From positions 62,001 to 126,000 of IMG/VR virus record IMGVR_UViG_3300027759_006101: a stretch of DNA of 64,000 nt; one strand, written 5' to 3'. Shown here in pieces: positions 46,725 to 56,502 of this stretch. The position numbers were made by a program, and so were the translations under genes. The notes beneath the pieces are model-generated. The model saw only the letters and a program-made list of their open reading frames with translations. It had not been told where the DNA came from and made no database searches. The first letter of the stretch is position 1; each line of letters begins with the position of its first letter.

Positions 46725-49271
46725 ATGTTTAATTTCAAAAATTTCAAAACTGCCGCTGATTTAACAAAGAAAATCAATCCTCAAGACATTCCAGGAGCCA
46801 CTATTGAACAAAAGGCTGCCTATATTTCTGAGTACTTAGATAAAGAAATTGGCGAAAGATTAAAGTCTGGTGAAATAGACATTGATACCGCTTACAAACT
46901 TTTATCAGAGACTAAAGTTACTGGTGTTGCTGCAGACTTAGATTTTCTTGAAAAATATCGTTTCAACATTGCTCAATTACTTCAACAAGCAAGTTTTATA
47001 AAATCTGAAATGAGTGACACAGGATTAAATGTTGAACAAATTTCACAGTTGATTCTTAAGAAACTTCTGGAAAGAGTAAATCAAGTTTTTATTCCTGAAC
47101 TAGTTGAGCTTAACAGAACTGCTAAAAGGTCATCTGAAGAAGTTTTAAGACTGCTTTCAAACCTTACAACATACGAAGAGCCTGAACAAATCTCATCTAT
47201 CAAATTGTTTATTTCAAGAGAAATTGAACGTGAAATAAATGAAATAGTAAATGAATTCAAAGATATTAGAGAAAGAGCATTGAAGATTCGAGACTTCAAT
47301 GATTCCGATCTTTTGATTATGCTCACTCACACTCCCGTTGAATCTTTAAAAGTAATTTTTCCAGATAGAAGAAAAACAGGCGATACTCCATTACCGTCCA
47401 AATTTAATGATCCTGAAGTAGTAAGACAAGTAGAATTTGCCAACGATGAAGTTCAAAAGTTAGCAAGAAAAGTTACTTTAAAAGGCGATGCAGGATGGGC
47501 TAAAGTATTGGGTCTTTCTGAAAAATTACCTCAGGAAGAACTTGAAAAATGGAAGCGTTTGATTGAACATCCAATAAAGTTTAATCTTTATGAGATTGTA
47601 AAGAATGCTGGTTTGATGAGTGCTGGTTTAAGTGAAGACAGAACAGAAAAACCAGAAGCTGTAAGAAATGCAGGATTCAGAAATCCTGTGTTGAGAGAGA
47701 GATACTATTCTGTGTTTAGACCACAGTTAGATCCATCTACGGGTAGACCATTCTTATCAGAATCCGAAATGAGATATATGGATGAAAAATTTGGTGGTAA
47801 ATCTCCAAGTGAATTACCATTTGATATAGACGATAGATTAAACTTCATCAAAAGATCGCAGTCTGGTCTCAGAAATAAATATACCCTAGACAGACTGTAC
47901 GAATTTATTTCAGAAGGTTATGATGGGCAACAACTTAAGACCTTAGTCTTATCTAACAATATACCATTAGATCAAGCAGGATTGGCTATTCAGTTTTATT
48001 TTAGAGTAATTTGCAAAAGCGACAGAGACTTGTTCTTGAGAGACTTACGAACTTTGGGCCTTGAAGAACATTATGGCGCTTTGTCTGAAGTTGGATTAGA
48101 AGTAGACGAAAGTTATGAAGCTGTGAGATTAACTGTCAACTCCAATCAAGAATACAAAATAATCAAAGTTTTAAGAAATGAATTTGGCATTGATGCAGTA
48201 CCTTTTCCTGTTTTGATTCCTGTTCCTACTGACTGTCCAACAAATACTGAAAATTTTGACATCGACTTTATGATATTTGTAGATGTATTAGATTACATTG
48301 ACCCAGAAACATTTCAGCCAAAGATTACTCAAAAGGCAGTTTTTGTCGGAGAATATTTTGGCTTTAACAGTGACAAAGAAAAAGAGATAGTAGATAGGGG
48401 GCGTCCTTGGGTCACTCCTGAAGGAAAAGTTTTCACACCGGCACCTAAGATTAGTACAGTCACAGGAGAAGTCTTAAAAAGATATTCTCCATTAGAGCCT
48501 GGTAAAAAATCTAGAGAAGGCCATATTTACGACTTGAAGACTATGTGGAAAAAGTTTACTTATAACACAGTCTCTCACATAATGGGCGCAGATGCATTAT
48601 ATTTTGATGATGCTGACTTAAAAATTCCTTATAAGTCAATTGCTCAAAAGTTAGATGATAAGGACATTATTTACAATTATTCTGGCTGTTCAAATGCTAA
48701 TGACTTATGTAAGGCTAAAAAGATGATTGAAAACAGCACTGCATTTGAATTAAAAGAAAACTTAAATAATCCAGAATATCATCAAAGAAATGTTTATAAT
48801 GAAAAAAATAAATGTATTAGGCTTGTTGACAGTATTGTTATAAACTTCAAATTTCAAAAAGTATTGCGCAGAGTAAAAAAAGAATTTATTGGAAAAAGTG
48901 GATTTGATAGACAAACAATGTTCTTTCACAGAGAGTATATGGACTCTCTACGTAATAATGTTCAGAATGCGCTTAGAATATTAAGCAGTAATAAAGCTAG
49001 TATGCAAGAAAAACTTTCAGCTCAACAAGCCATAGAAAGAAATCAAGCTGAAATGAGAAGCTTAGAATATTCACCTCTTTATGCATTCAAACAAAGATAC
49101 GAAGAATTGCTAAAACAACCTGAAATTGCTGGAACTCTGAATCAATTAAATCAATTAAGAGAAGCAATTTTAAGTGAAGATGTAGAGCCAACTCTTAGCA
49201 ATGTTAGAGGATTGATGTTGCAAATTGATGAGGGAATTTTTGGTTTTGTGCCTAATCCTGAACAATCATAA
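46725..49271 (+). CDS. Large tagged orphan protein with a central PD-(D/E)XK-like nuclease pattern
   Basis: Starts MFNFKNFKTA. Internal NSNQEYKIIKVL....GI...IDFMI...VGEYFG...Y..K..WK..Y. Confidence 0.5.
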   Translation: MFNFKNFKTAADLTKKINPQDIPGATIEQKAAYISEYLDKEIGERLKSGEIDIDTAYKLLSETKVTGVAADLDFLEKYRFNIAQLLQQASFIKSEMSDTGLNVEQISQLILKKLLERVNQVFIPELVELNRTAKRSSEEVLRLLSNLTTYEEPEQISSIKLFISREIEREINEIVNEFKDIRERALKIRDFNDSDLLIMLTHTPVESLKVIFPDRRKTGDTPLPSKFNDPEVVRQVEFANDEVQKLARKVTLKGDAGWAKVLGLSEKLPQEELEKWKRLIEHPIKFNLYEIVKNAGLMSAGLSEDRTEKPEAVRNAGFRNPVLRERYYSVFRPQLDPSTGRPFLSESEMRYMDEKFGGKSPSELPFDIDDRLNFIKRSQSGLRNKYTLDRLYEFISEGYDGQQLKTLVLSNNIPLDQAGLAIQFYFRVICKSDRDLFLRDLRTLGLEEHYGALSEVGLEVDESYEAVRLTVNSNQEYKIIKVLRNEFGIDAVPFPVLIPVPTDCPTNTENFDIDFMIFVDVLDYIDPETFQPKITQKAVFVGEYFGFNSDKEKEIVDRGRPWVTPEGKVFTPAPKISTVTGEVLKRYSPLEPGKKSREGHIYDLKTMWKKFTYNTVSHIMGADALYFDDADLKIPYKSIAQKLDDKDIIYNYSGCSNANDLCKAKKMIENSTAFELKENLNNPEYHQRNVYNEKNKCIRLVDSIVINFKFQKVLRRVKKEFIGKSGFDRQTMFFHREYMDSLRNNVQNALRILSSNKASMQEKLSAQQAIERNQAEMRSLEYSPLYAFKQRYEELLKQPEIAGTLNQLNQLREAILSEDVEPTLSNVRGLMLQIDEGIFGFVPNPEQS

Positions 49272-49273
49272 AA

Positions 49274-50197
49274 ATGGGAATTTATACTTCTACTCATATT
49301 GGTAAATGGCATTGGCTAAAATATGACGGCTATGCAATATTGACAGAGCAATTTTCTAGTCAAATTCAAAGAGCAATTCAGCCAAAGAAATTACTTATGG
49401 GTGATGGTGGAACTCACGTAATATCTCATAATGGAATTGAAAATACTGTATCTCTTCAGTCCAGCGTATTACTTAGAAATAGCCTTAGAGATTCTTTTAA
49501 GGGGCCAAACAATAATGATGGGCAATTGCATATTGTTGAAGCTCCTATGCAATCATCTTATTTATATAGAGATGTCTTTGATTTACTGATATCTGATTTT
49601 GAAAGAATCAGAGCATTTATAATTACATTTAATCCATACAATAATAGAACTTATGGCACTGGAATAGGTTCAAGAAATTTATTAACTTCTGCTTCTATCA
49701 ATATTTCTAATGGCGTTACTTGTTCACTAAATTACAATTGTTTGTTTGATCAGTTTGTTGAAATACAATTTGCAGATGTTTTCCCAACCAATTATGATTT
49801 TTTAGCCAGAACTGCTAAGAACTACGACTGTAAATTCTTTGTAACTGATGATCCAACAACATCATATAAAATTCTTTCTGCAGACATAAATATTAGTGTG
49901 AATTACAGCAAGATTTATCTAATAAATCAAGAATCAGAGTATCCATTATATGGACCAGAGACATATGATGTTTCTGGAACATTAAAAATACCTGCGCAAA
50001 ACTGGTACACAATTAGAAACTTTTTCAACGCAACCAACAATCGGCAAATGATAGCTAAAAAGGTTAACTTCTCTATTTTAGTAGGCACAAGATATTTAAG
50101 ATTAGGGCAAGTATTAGTTGAAGATAAAGTGGAATTCTCAATGTCTGATGGATTGATGACAGCTACAATTTCTTTCAAGGGTTTTGCGAGATTATAA
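49274..50197 (+). CDS. Beta-rich structural protein, possible tail-tube-like; paralog of 50197-51141
   Basis: Two-repeat beta-rich layout, similar to its neighbour at the N-terminus and C-terminus (ISFKGFAR / VSFQAFVR). Confidence 0.35.
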   Translation: MGIYTSTHIGKWHWLKYDGYAILTEQFSSQIQRAIQPKKLLMGDGGTHVISHNGIENTVSLQSSVLLRNSLRDSFKGPNNNDGQLHIVEAPMQSSYLYRDVFDLLISDFERIRAFIITFNPYNNRTYGTGIGSRNLLTSASINISNGVTCSLNYNCLFDQFVEIQFADVFPTNYDFLARTAKNYDCKFFVTDDPTTSYKILSADINISVNYSKIYLINQESEYPLYGPETYDVSGTLKIPAQNWYTIRNFFNATNNRQMIAKKVNFSILVGTRYLRLGQVLVEDKVEFSMSDGLMTATISFKGFARL

Positions 50198-51141
50198 TGC
50201 CAATTTTATCAACAGAATTATTAGCGAATTACTACACTCTTCTTTTGAATGGCAAAAGATATATTCTTGATTCTTGGAATGAGAATATGCAACAAGATGT
50301 TTCCGAAAAATCTTTTATTCAAGGAGACATTGGATCAAGAATAGTTGAGTTTTCTAATCCATTTCATCAAGCAACAATGAATGGGCCAATATTGATTCTT
50401 AAAGATTTAGATGCTGAATTAGATTATGCAGGAAATCAAAATCAAACTCTTAGAGATCAACCTACTGGTCTTTACGATATATACGACTTGATCATAGACA
50501 ACTTAAATACTATTTCAAGACCACTTGTAAATAATAGCAATGAATATATTGCACCAGAACTGCTACCCTTTTTTTTAGACAGTGCAACCATTTCCCTTAA
50601 TTCATCCGAAGTTAGTACTACTGCGACTATGACAAGTATCTATCCTAGAGGATTTATGGCAGATGACTTCTCGCTTACAACTCCTTCAACTGGCTATAAA
50701 CTCTACGGAGAAACTAGAATTATGGGAAGATTTGTAAAATTTTGGGATTTTAGATTAAGATTGTTTGGTGATCATTACGCTATGACTCAAGCAACAATTA
50801 ATGTAAAAGTAGTTTCTGAAAAAGTTACAAATATTGGAAATAATTTTACTAATGGAAACGTCACTCCTGATTTCATAATTACTGGATATTCTATATCAGG
50901 GGATGCAATGATTTCTATTTCCACACAACAATTACAAAGTTTAAGGTTATATCAAGGCCCAGGATATTTTAGTGTTTTTCAAAATTCAATAGGCTTGGGT
51001 TTGATTGACAATTATCGAGGCAATAGAGTTTTTGATTTTGGTAGTTTCTTAGTTCCTCCAAGAGTTGAATTTGATATGCGTTCAGGTCAATTAAATCAAG
51101 CACGAGTTTCATTTCAAGCATTTGTACGTCGGTCTTATTAA
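50197..51141 (+). CDS. Beta-rich structural protein, possible tail-tube-like; paralog of 49274-50197
   Basis: TAATG coupling with the upstream gene. FIQGDIG vs LLMGDGG, ATINVKV vs ADINISV, SISGDA vs DVSGTL. Confidence 0.35.
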   Translation: MPILSTELLANYYTLLLNGKRYILDSWNENMQQDVSEKSFIQGDIGSRIVEFSNPFHQATMNGPILILKDLDAELDYAGNQNQTLRDQPTGLYDIYDLIIDNLNTISRPLVNNSNEYIAPELLPFFLDSATISLNSSEVSTTATMTSIYPRGFMADDFSLTTPSTGYKLYGETRIMGRFVKFWDFRLRLFGDHYAMTQATINVKVVSEKVTNIGNNFTNGNVTPDFIITGYSISGDAMISISTQQLQSLRLYQGPGYFSVFQNSIGLGLIDNYRGNRVFDFGSFLVPPRVEFDMRSGQLNQARVSFQAFVRRSY

Positions 51142-51156
51142 TGTACAAGTCTTGAT

Positions 51157-51657
51157 ATGGACGAAATATTAAGATTTACAATTCCTGGCAATCCTGTTAC
51201 TAAAAAAACCCATCAAAGAATTATGCGTGTTGGTGGATATCCTCGCATTTTTCCCTCAAAACAATACGAAGAGTATGAGAAATATTGTAGATCTTATTGT
51301 TTGGATGTTTGGAAAAATCAAGGCAAAGAACCTATTAAATATGGTGTTGCAATTCAAATTAAAGTTTGGCTTTCTCGATGGATTCTTCCAGATCACGTTG
51401 GTATTTTGCAGTCTATTGGTGACATTCTAGAAAAATGGAGTGTTATTGATAATGATAAATATATTCATTGGACTGACACTGATGCAAATAATGTCCGTGA
51501 GCATTGGTTCCAAGGTATAGATAAGGAAAATCCAAGAATAGAAATAACAATCTTTCGCTTTAAACATCTTTACGAAGACTACACCCAGGAAAAAGATGAA
51601 AAAGAAGCTGCAAAGTTAGAAAGAAAAAAAATTAGAGAAAGCAAAAAAACTGGATAA
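51157..51657 (+). CDS. rusA: RusA-like Holliday junction resolvase
   Basis: FTIPGNPVTKK, PD......IGDIL....IDND..I, DKENPRIEITI. Confidence 0.75.
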   Translation: MDEILRFTIPGNPVTKKTHQRIMRVGGYPRIFPSKQYEEYEKYCRSYCLDVWKNQGKEPIKYGVAIQIKVWLSRWILPDHVGILQSIGDILEKWSVIDNDKYIHWTDTDANNVREHWFQGIDKENPRIEITIFRFKHLYEDYTQEKDEKEAAKLERKKIRESKKTG

Positions 51658-51662
51658 TAAAA

Positions 51663-51935
51663 ATGATTATTATAGTAAATTTCGGAGTCAATGAAGACTT
51701 TTCCGAAACACCTCTATTAGATAATTTGTGGCAAACACTTTCAGTATGTAAATATTTTGAATCTTTGCCTGAACTTTGGAAATTAAATGATTTATATTCT
51801 GATAGTGTCTGTAAATATTTAGATATTAGAAAAACTCAATTAATTTACACAAGGCTTTGGGGAATTGATATCGATCAATCTAATAATGTTGGTCTAATTG
51901 CAAAAGAAAAATTCTATCCATTAATTAAGACATAA
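51663..51935 (+). CDS. Hypothetical protein
   Basis: 90-aa ORF followed by a terminator. Confidence 0.5.
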   Translation: MIIIVNFGVNEDFSETPLLDNLWQTLSVCKYFESLPELWKLNDLYSDSVCKYLDIRKTQLIYTRLWGIDIDQSNNVGLIAKEKFYPLIKT

Positions 51936-51964
51936 AAAAAAGCAGACAAAAGTCTGCTTTTTTT
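51934..51964. terminator. Bidirectional intrinsic terminator
   Basis: A8-GCAGAC-AAAA-GTCTGC-T7 between convergent genes. Confidence 0.9.
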
Positions 51965-51979
51965 ATTTAGAAAAGAACC

Positions 51980-52312
51980 TTATGCATTTGGAACAATGAA
52001 GTGAGGCTCAGAATCTACAATTGTAAACTCTCCGGCAATTCCAAGAGGAGTTACAATTTCTCGCATTCGCTCTTGGAGAGCTGATGAATTCTCATTCAAA
52101 GCTTCATTAAGAGCATTGAGTTGTTGCTGAGCTTGTTGCAACTGGGATGCATATTGCTGAGCAACATTGACAAATTCAAGAACATCAGCCTTCTGAGCCT
52201 TAAGCTCAAGCAATGACTGGCGCATAGAAACCAACTCTAAATACTCATCGTGAGTAATTGTAGGGCGCTCTTCGCTTACTTCGACTTCTGAGTCAACTGC
52301 ATTTTCATCCAT
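51980..52312 (-). CDS. Coiled-coil hypothetical protein
   Basis: 110 aa with a Q/L heptad run. Confidence 0.55.
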   Translation of the reverse strand: MDENAVDSEVEVSEERPTITHDEYLELVSMRQSLLELKAQKADVLEFVNVAQQYASQLQQAQQQLNALNEALNENSSALQERMREIVTPLGIAGEFTIVDSEPHFIVPNA

Positions 52313-52437
52313 TTGTTATATAACCTCGAGATCAATTGATCAAATTTATGTTACCTGATTTTTTTGTAAATGTAAACTTGTTTTTTGTATTTTTTTCAGG
52401 TATGATCGACATGTATGTTTATACAGAAAGTTGAAAT

Positions 52438-53127
52438 ATGAAAACAATTTTGCTTAGCCCGTCCGATTTAGCGTTCTTATATGAAGAAAGTCACTGGGGG
52501 TTTTATCAAAAGTACACTTCAGGTATCAAAAGACCTCCAGTCATTATACCCAAAGTTTTTACTACTATAGATGTTCTCACTAAGTTGACATTCTTGAACA
52601 AGAGTATGGTCAATTTTGACTCATCATTTCCTGATGCTTTACTTGTAGACGCTGACAAATGGGTTAAGAGCAAGTCTATTAGCAATCCAGATTATCCTGA
52701 TATCGAAATTTGTGTCAGGGGTAAAATTGATGGTTTATTGCGCTATTCTGATATGTCTCACAGTGTCATCGATTTCAAAACCTGTGAGATTAATGAGATA
52801 ACATTAGCCAAATACATCAGGCAATTGTCTTGTTATGCATACGCTTTGAGATACCCAAACTCTTCAATAGATTATTCAGTTTCTGTGAATGAAAAAATTG
52901 GATTGTTTGTTTTTCAACCCAATTCCTTTGATGTGACTCAAGAAGGAGCTGCGAATTTAAGTGGAGACTTCAAATATATCGAATACACCTGGGATGAAGA
53001 TGATTTTGTAGAATACATTAGAAATAAAATTATCCCTTTACTGGCTGGAAAAGAACCTGAGCCTAAAGAAAGTGATCCTTGTTGGGCTTATCTCAAGCAA
53101 TTTGGATTTGCTTACGAGGAAGAATAA
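52438..53127 (+). CDS. PD-(D/E)XK (RecB-like) nuclease
   Basis: RGKIDGLL...VIDFKT...QLSCYAYAL. Confidence 0.8.
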   Translation: MKTILLSPSDLAFLYEESHWGFYQKYTSGIKRPPVIIPKVFTTIDVLTKLTFLNKSMVNFDSSFPDALLVDADKWVKSKSISNPDYPDIEICVRGKIDGLLRYSDMSHSVIDFKTCEINEITLAKYIRQLSCYAYALRYPNSSIDYSVSVNEKIGLFVFQPNSFDVTQEGAANLSGDFKYIEYTWDEDDFVEYIRNKIIPLLAGKEPEPKESDPCWAYLKQFGFAYEEE

Positions 53128-53132
53128 TTTAG

Positions 53133-53166
53133 AAAAGAGAATTGAAACTATATCAATTCTCTTTTT
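53133..53166. terminator. Intrinsic terminator-like hairpin
   Basis: AAAAGAGAATTGA-N7-TCAATTCTCTTTT-T after the nuclease stop. Confidence 0.75.
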
Positions 53167-53183
53167 GTTATAATTTATTTAGT

Positions 53184-54053
53184 ATGAAAACGACAACCAA
53201 AATTACATATAACCACAAACTTGCTCAATCTAAAGAAAGTTGGGAAACAAATTTCTTAAGTAAAATCAATAACGCTAATTCACTGTTATATTTAGCAGCT
53301 ATCAAATCAAATAATTATGCTAAGATAGATGATAAATATTACACAGAAGAAAACAAGCCAAAAATTTTATCAACTTTGGATGGCATTGTTAGCGCACCTT
53401 ACAACCAAAGATTTCACAAAGTATTTGAAACATTTTTAGCAGAAGCTAAAGCTAAACTTGATAGTAAAATTGCTGGAAATGCATCTGCAACTCAGTCAAC
53501 AAAACAGCAGCCAGCTCAACAACAGCAACAACCAGGTGTCGCAGTAAGTCAAACCCCAGATGGCAAAACTAAGTTTACTTCTAGTGTTCAAACATACGAA
53601 GGCGATCAAATAAGAGATATCTTTGCTAAAGCTCAACTTATTTTAGATAACGATCCTCAGCAGTTTAGACAGCTTTGGCCAGGATTGAGGAAACAGGTTG
53701 TTGCTCTTTGGCAGTATACTGACGATAATGAAAAAATTGAGTTTAATTCACAATTAAGAAATTTTGATCTAAAAATAAACTTGATGAATAATCCTCAAGG
53801 CGGAGACACTACATCAAGAGGTACTTTCTTCGCATACAGGTTTGAAGATCTAGTCCCTCAATTATATAACGCTCTTAGAATGAATGATGTCACGCAGGCT
53901 AATGATGTTGTCTCTAAAATTCAAGTATTGCGTGATAAAGACCCTCGTTATGAGCCATATATTACTGAAAGCAGAAAGTTGAATTTAGATATTTCCAGGT
54001 ATAATGGAAGAAATATAGGCACTGATGCTGCTAAAGTTAACACTATCAGATAA
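53184..54053 (+). CDS. Hypothetical protein with tag-like N-terminus
   Basis: The track start lies inside the terminator. ATG at 53184 (TAGT-ATG context) gives MKTTTKITYNHKLAQ. Confidence 0.55.
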   Translation: MKTTTKITYNHKLAQSKESWETNFLSKINNANSLLYLAAIKSNNYAKIDDKYYTEENKPKILSTLDGIVSAPYNQRFHKVFETFLAEAKAKLDSKIAGNASATQSTKQQPAQQQQQPGVAVSQTPDGKTKFTSSVQTYEGDQIRDIFAKAQLILDNDPQQFRQLWPGLRKQVVALWQYTDDNEKIEFNSQLRNFDLKINLMNNPQGGDTTSRGTFFAYRFEDLVPQLYNALRMNDVTQANDVVSKIQVLRDKDPRYEPYITESRKLNLDISRYNGRNIGTDAAKVNTIR

Positions 54054-54241
54054 TGCCTAAGCCAGTTGACGATTTAGTCAAAACTTTATTAGACGACCCA
54101 GATTTTTACCCCAAAAAAGGTACAGATGATAGGGAATCTACCGCTTGGGCAATTGCTTATTCACAATATAATAAAAATAAGAAAAGAAAAAAGAAGTCTT
54201 TTAATATGAAAGACTATCGTACAGCACAAAAACCAGACTAA
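54053..54241 (+). CDS. Small basic protein, ChaB-like AWAIA motif
   Basis: MPKPVDDLV...RESTAWAIAYSQ. Ends SFNMKDYRTAQKPD. Confidence 0.45.
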   Translation: MPKPVDDLVKTLLDDPDFYPKKGTDDRESTAWAIAYSQYNKNKKRKKKSFNMKDYRTAQKPD

Positions 54242-54253
54242 GTCTGGTTTTTT
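54228..54253. terminator. Intrinsic terminator
   Basis: AAAAACCAGAC-TAA-GTCTGGTTTTTT, with the stop codon in the loop. Confidence 0.8.
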
Positions 54254-54268
54254 ATTTATAATACCCTT

Positions 54269-54976
54269 ATGAGTACACTTTCAATTATTATGCTTACTAA
54301 TACTGTCAATGAAGATATCTTCAAGATGACTCAATACGCTTTAGATTCCTTGAATCAATCAATTGGTTCAGAAAATTTCAACGTAGTTTTAGTAGAGTCT
54401 AACAAAGAACATAATTGGAATTATAATCACGTTAATTTTTATTTGAAGCCTACCGTTGATTTTAATTACAATACCTATCTCAATATTGCTATAGAAAACT
54501 GTGATTCAGACTATATATGTATTTCAAATAATGACGTAAATTTTCACAAAGACTGGTGGCAAAAATTAGAAAAAGCTATGATAAGCAAAAATCTTGATAC
54601 AGCTTCTCCTAGATCGCCAACCGAACAAAAAGGCATCGTCCCTCACGCAGAAATCAAACACAGATATACGCCTGATTGTGTAATTAGGGAAGGATTTGAA
54701 TTAATTGTAAATTTTTGTGGTTGGTGCTGGGTGATGAAAAGGGAAGTAAAAGACTGGCTCTTTCCTTTAGATGAACAATTCTCATTTTTCTTTCAAGATA
54801 ACGATGTTATTATGAGATTAAAACAAAAGGGCTGCAAGCACGGACTAGTAGGTGGTTCTAAAGTTAATCATTTTGGTCAATCTTCTCACGGAATTTTTAA
54901 ATCTAGGGAAGACTGGTACAAAAATACATTTGGATTGGAAAAAGCATTTATAGAAAAATGGAGGAACTATTTATAG
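54269..54976 (+). CDS. Glycosyltransferase, family 2-like (GT-A)
   Basis: LSIIMLT, FNYNTYLNIAI, ICISNNDV (DXD-like), LDEQFSFFFQDND, VNHFG. Confidence 0.8.
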   Translation: MSTLSIIMLTNTVNEDIFKMTQYALDSLNQSIGSENFNVVLVESNKEHNWNYNHVNFYLKPTVDFNYNTYLNIAIENCDSDYICISNNDVNFHKDWWQKLEKAMISKNLDTASPRSPTEQKGIVPHAEIKHRYTPDCVIREGFELIVNFCGWCWVMKREVKDWLFPLDEQFSFFFQDNDVIMRLKQKGCKHGLVGGSKVNHFGQSSHGIFKSREDWYKNTFGLEKAFIEKWRNYL

Positions 54977-54990
54977 TTCCTCCATTTTGT

Positions 54991-55920
54991 TTACTTTGTG
55001 TGCAGTTTGATTTCTTTAAGGAAATGCTCGGAATTCTTGACTGTAGTATTATATCTAAGTAAATGTTCCATCATTTCATTTTGGAAATACTCGTAATTCT
55101 TATCAAGCCACTTTGGATCGTTCTTCTCGAAAAATGCAACCTTTGTCCATAGTGCTTTTGGAGCTCGCATCATTACATATCTTGGGCAGTGTGGAATCTC
55201 CTCAAAAAGAGGAACGCATCCATTAGCCATAATTTCATAATGACGCATACAGTCCCAACCAGCCTTCTTAGTTGTACGAGCGTATTTTGAAAATTTATAA
55301 TCCTGGTAGTACTCTACTTCTGTATTGTAAACATAAGTATTTTTGTTTCTTGGATCAATATATGCAATTCTTCTCTCTTTCTTTGCACCACTAGAGACTT
55401 TTCCAGTAGGCATTGCAAATTGAATTGGAAGAACATTCTTCATATGCTCTTGCAAATGAGCTTGCTTTTGATCTGGATACAACTCTCTCTTAAAATAAAT
55501 TGTCTCATCCTTGATTCTATCGTGGAATAAGTTTGTATCTTCACCATCAACATAAATGATTTGCTTCTTGTCATAAGTATCTAAAACAAGCTGCAAATGA
55601 TCCTGACATCGCCAAATGCTTCCATAAACGACAAGATCAAAAAATTTATTTTTAATCTTTCTGATGATATCTTCTCTATCAGTATTGTCTGAGGTGAGGT
55701 TTCTGCAAATAGTAAAACCCTTACCATATTCTGTTGCAAATTGATCATCTGAATAGTCAGAATACAAATGGTGTCGTTTATTACAATCTACAACATCGTC
55801 GCCATGCAATTCCTTAAGGCCCAAAAGCAAACAGTCATCTTGATAGTCTGTAAGCCAAGGGAATTGTGGAGACCTTTGATTGCCAGAGATATATAAAATT
55901 TTCATAAAGATATTGTACAC
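54991..55920 (-). CDS. Putative glycosyltransferase (GT-B-like C-terminus)
   Basis: IIYVDGED, YFKREL, KKAGWDCMRHYEIMANGCVP. Confidence 0.6.
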   Translation of the reverse strand: MYNIFMKILYISGNQRSPQFPWLTDYQDDCLLLGLKELHGDDVVDCNKRHHLYSDYSDDQFATEYGKGFTICRNLTSDNTDREDIIRKIKNKFFDLVVYGSIWRCQDHLQLVLDTYDKKQIIYVDGEDTNLFHDRIKDETIYFKRELYPDQKQAHLQEHMKNVLPIQFAMPTGKVSSGAKKERRIAYIDPRNKNTYVYNTEVEYYQDYKFSKYARTTKKAGWDCMRHYEIMANGCVPLFEEIPHCPRYVMMRAPKALWTKVAFFEKNDPKWLDKNYEYFQNEMMEHLLRYNTTVKNSEHFLKEIKLHTK

Positions 55921-55932
55921 TCCAAAGCAAAA

Positions 55933-56487
55933 TTAAGCTCTTACTTCAATTGTACATTTTATATCAACTTCGTAATCTATGCAAACAAGAATCAATCTTT
56001 CTAAAATTTTTAAGTTGTTTATCATTACAAGATTAGTCGGATCAGGATTCGATATAGAAATTAACTCTAATGCGTTTTGTATTTTTTTACTCATCACAAA
56101 CGGATTATAAGATTTATTTTTCATCAAATCTAATATAAACATCATTGGTAAAATATATTCAGATGAGATTTCTACTTTGTTTTTGGTGCTTGATAAATCG
56201 CAAGCAAAAATTTGAAATGAATAAGAAACTAACTCACTATCTTTGATTATATATTCCTTGCAGTATTCATGATCAAAATTTAACTCATATTCAAAATTAT
56301 TATCTTTCAATATACTAAGCCATTGTTCTAAAGTTCTTCGATTGTTTAATTCAATTAAATCTCCTAAAAGAGTTATCATAATTGAATTGTAATTAGGAGG
56401 AGAACTAATTTGGCCTTTCCATAAAATAAATTTTGGATCTACTTGAGTGACAGTATAAGGTTCAAAAATAAGTGAGGTGTAACTCAT
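55933..56487 (-). CDS. Hypothetical protein
   Basis: 184-aa ORF. Confidence 0.5.
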   Translation of the reverse strand: MSYTSLIFEPYTVTQVDPKFILWKGQISSPPNYNSIMITLLGDLIELNNRRTLEQWLSILKDNNFEYELNFDHEYCKEYIIKDSELVSYSFQIFACDLSSTKNKVEISSEYILPMMFILDLMKNKSYNPFVMSKKIQNALELISISNPDPTNLVMINNLKILERLILVCIDYEVDIKCTIEVRA

Positions 56488-56502
56488 ATATTTATTTTAC
56501 AT

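Noticed and set aside
52438-53127. Cas4 or CRISPR-associated gene
   Set aside because: It lacks the four-cysteine Fe-S pattern, and there are no cas genes or array in the window. It is a generic PD-(D/E)XK nuclease.
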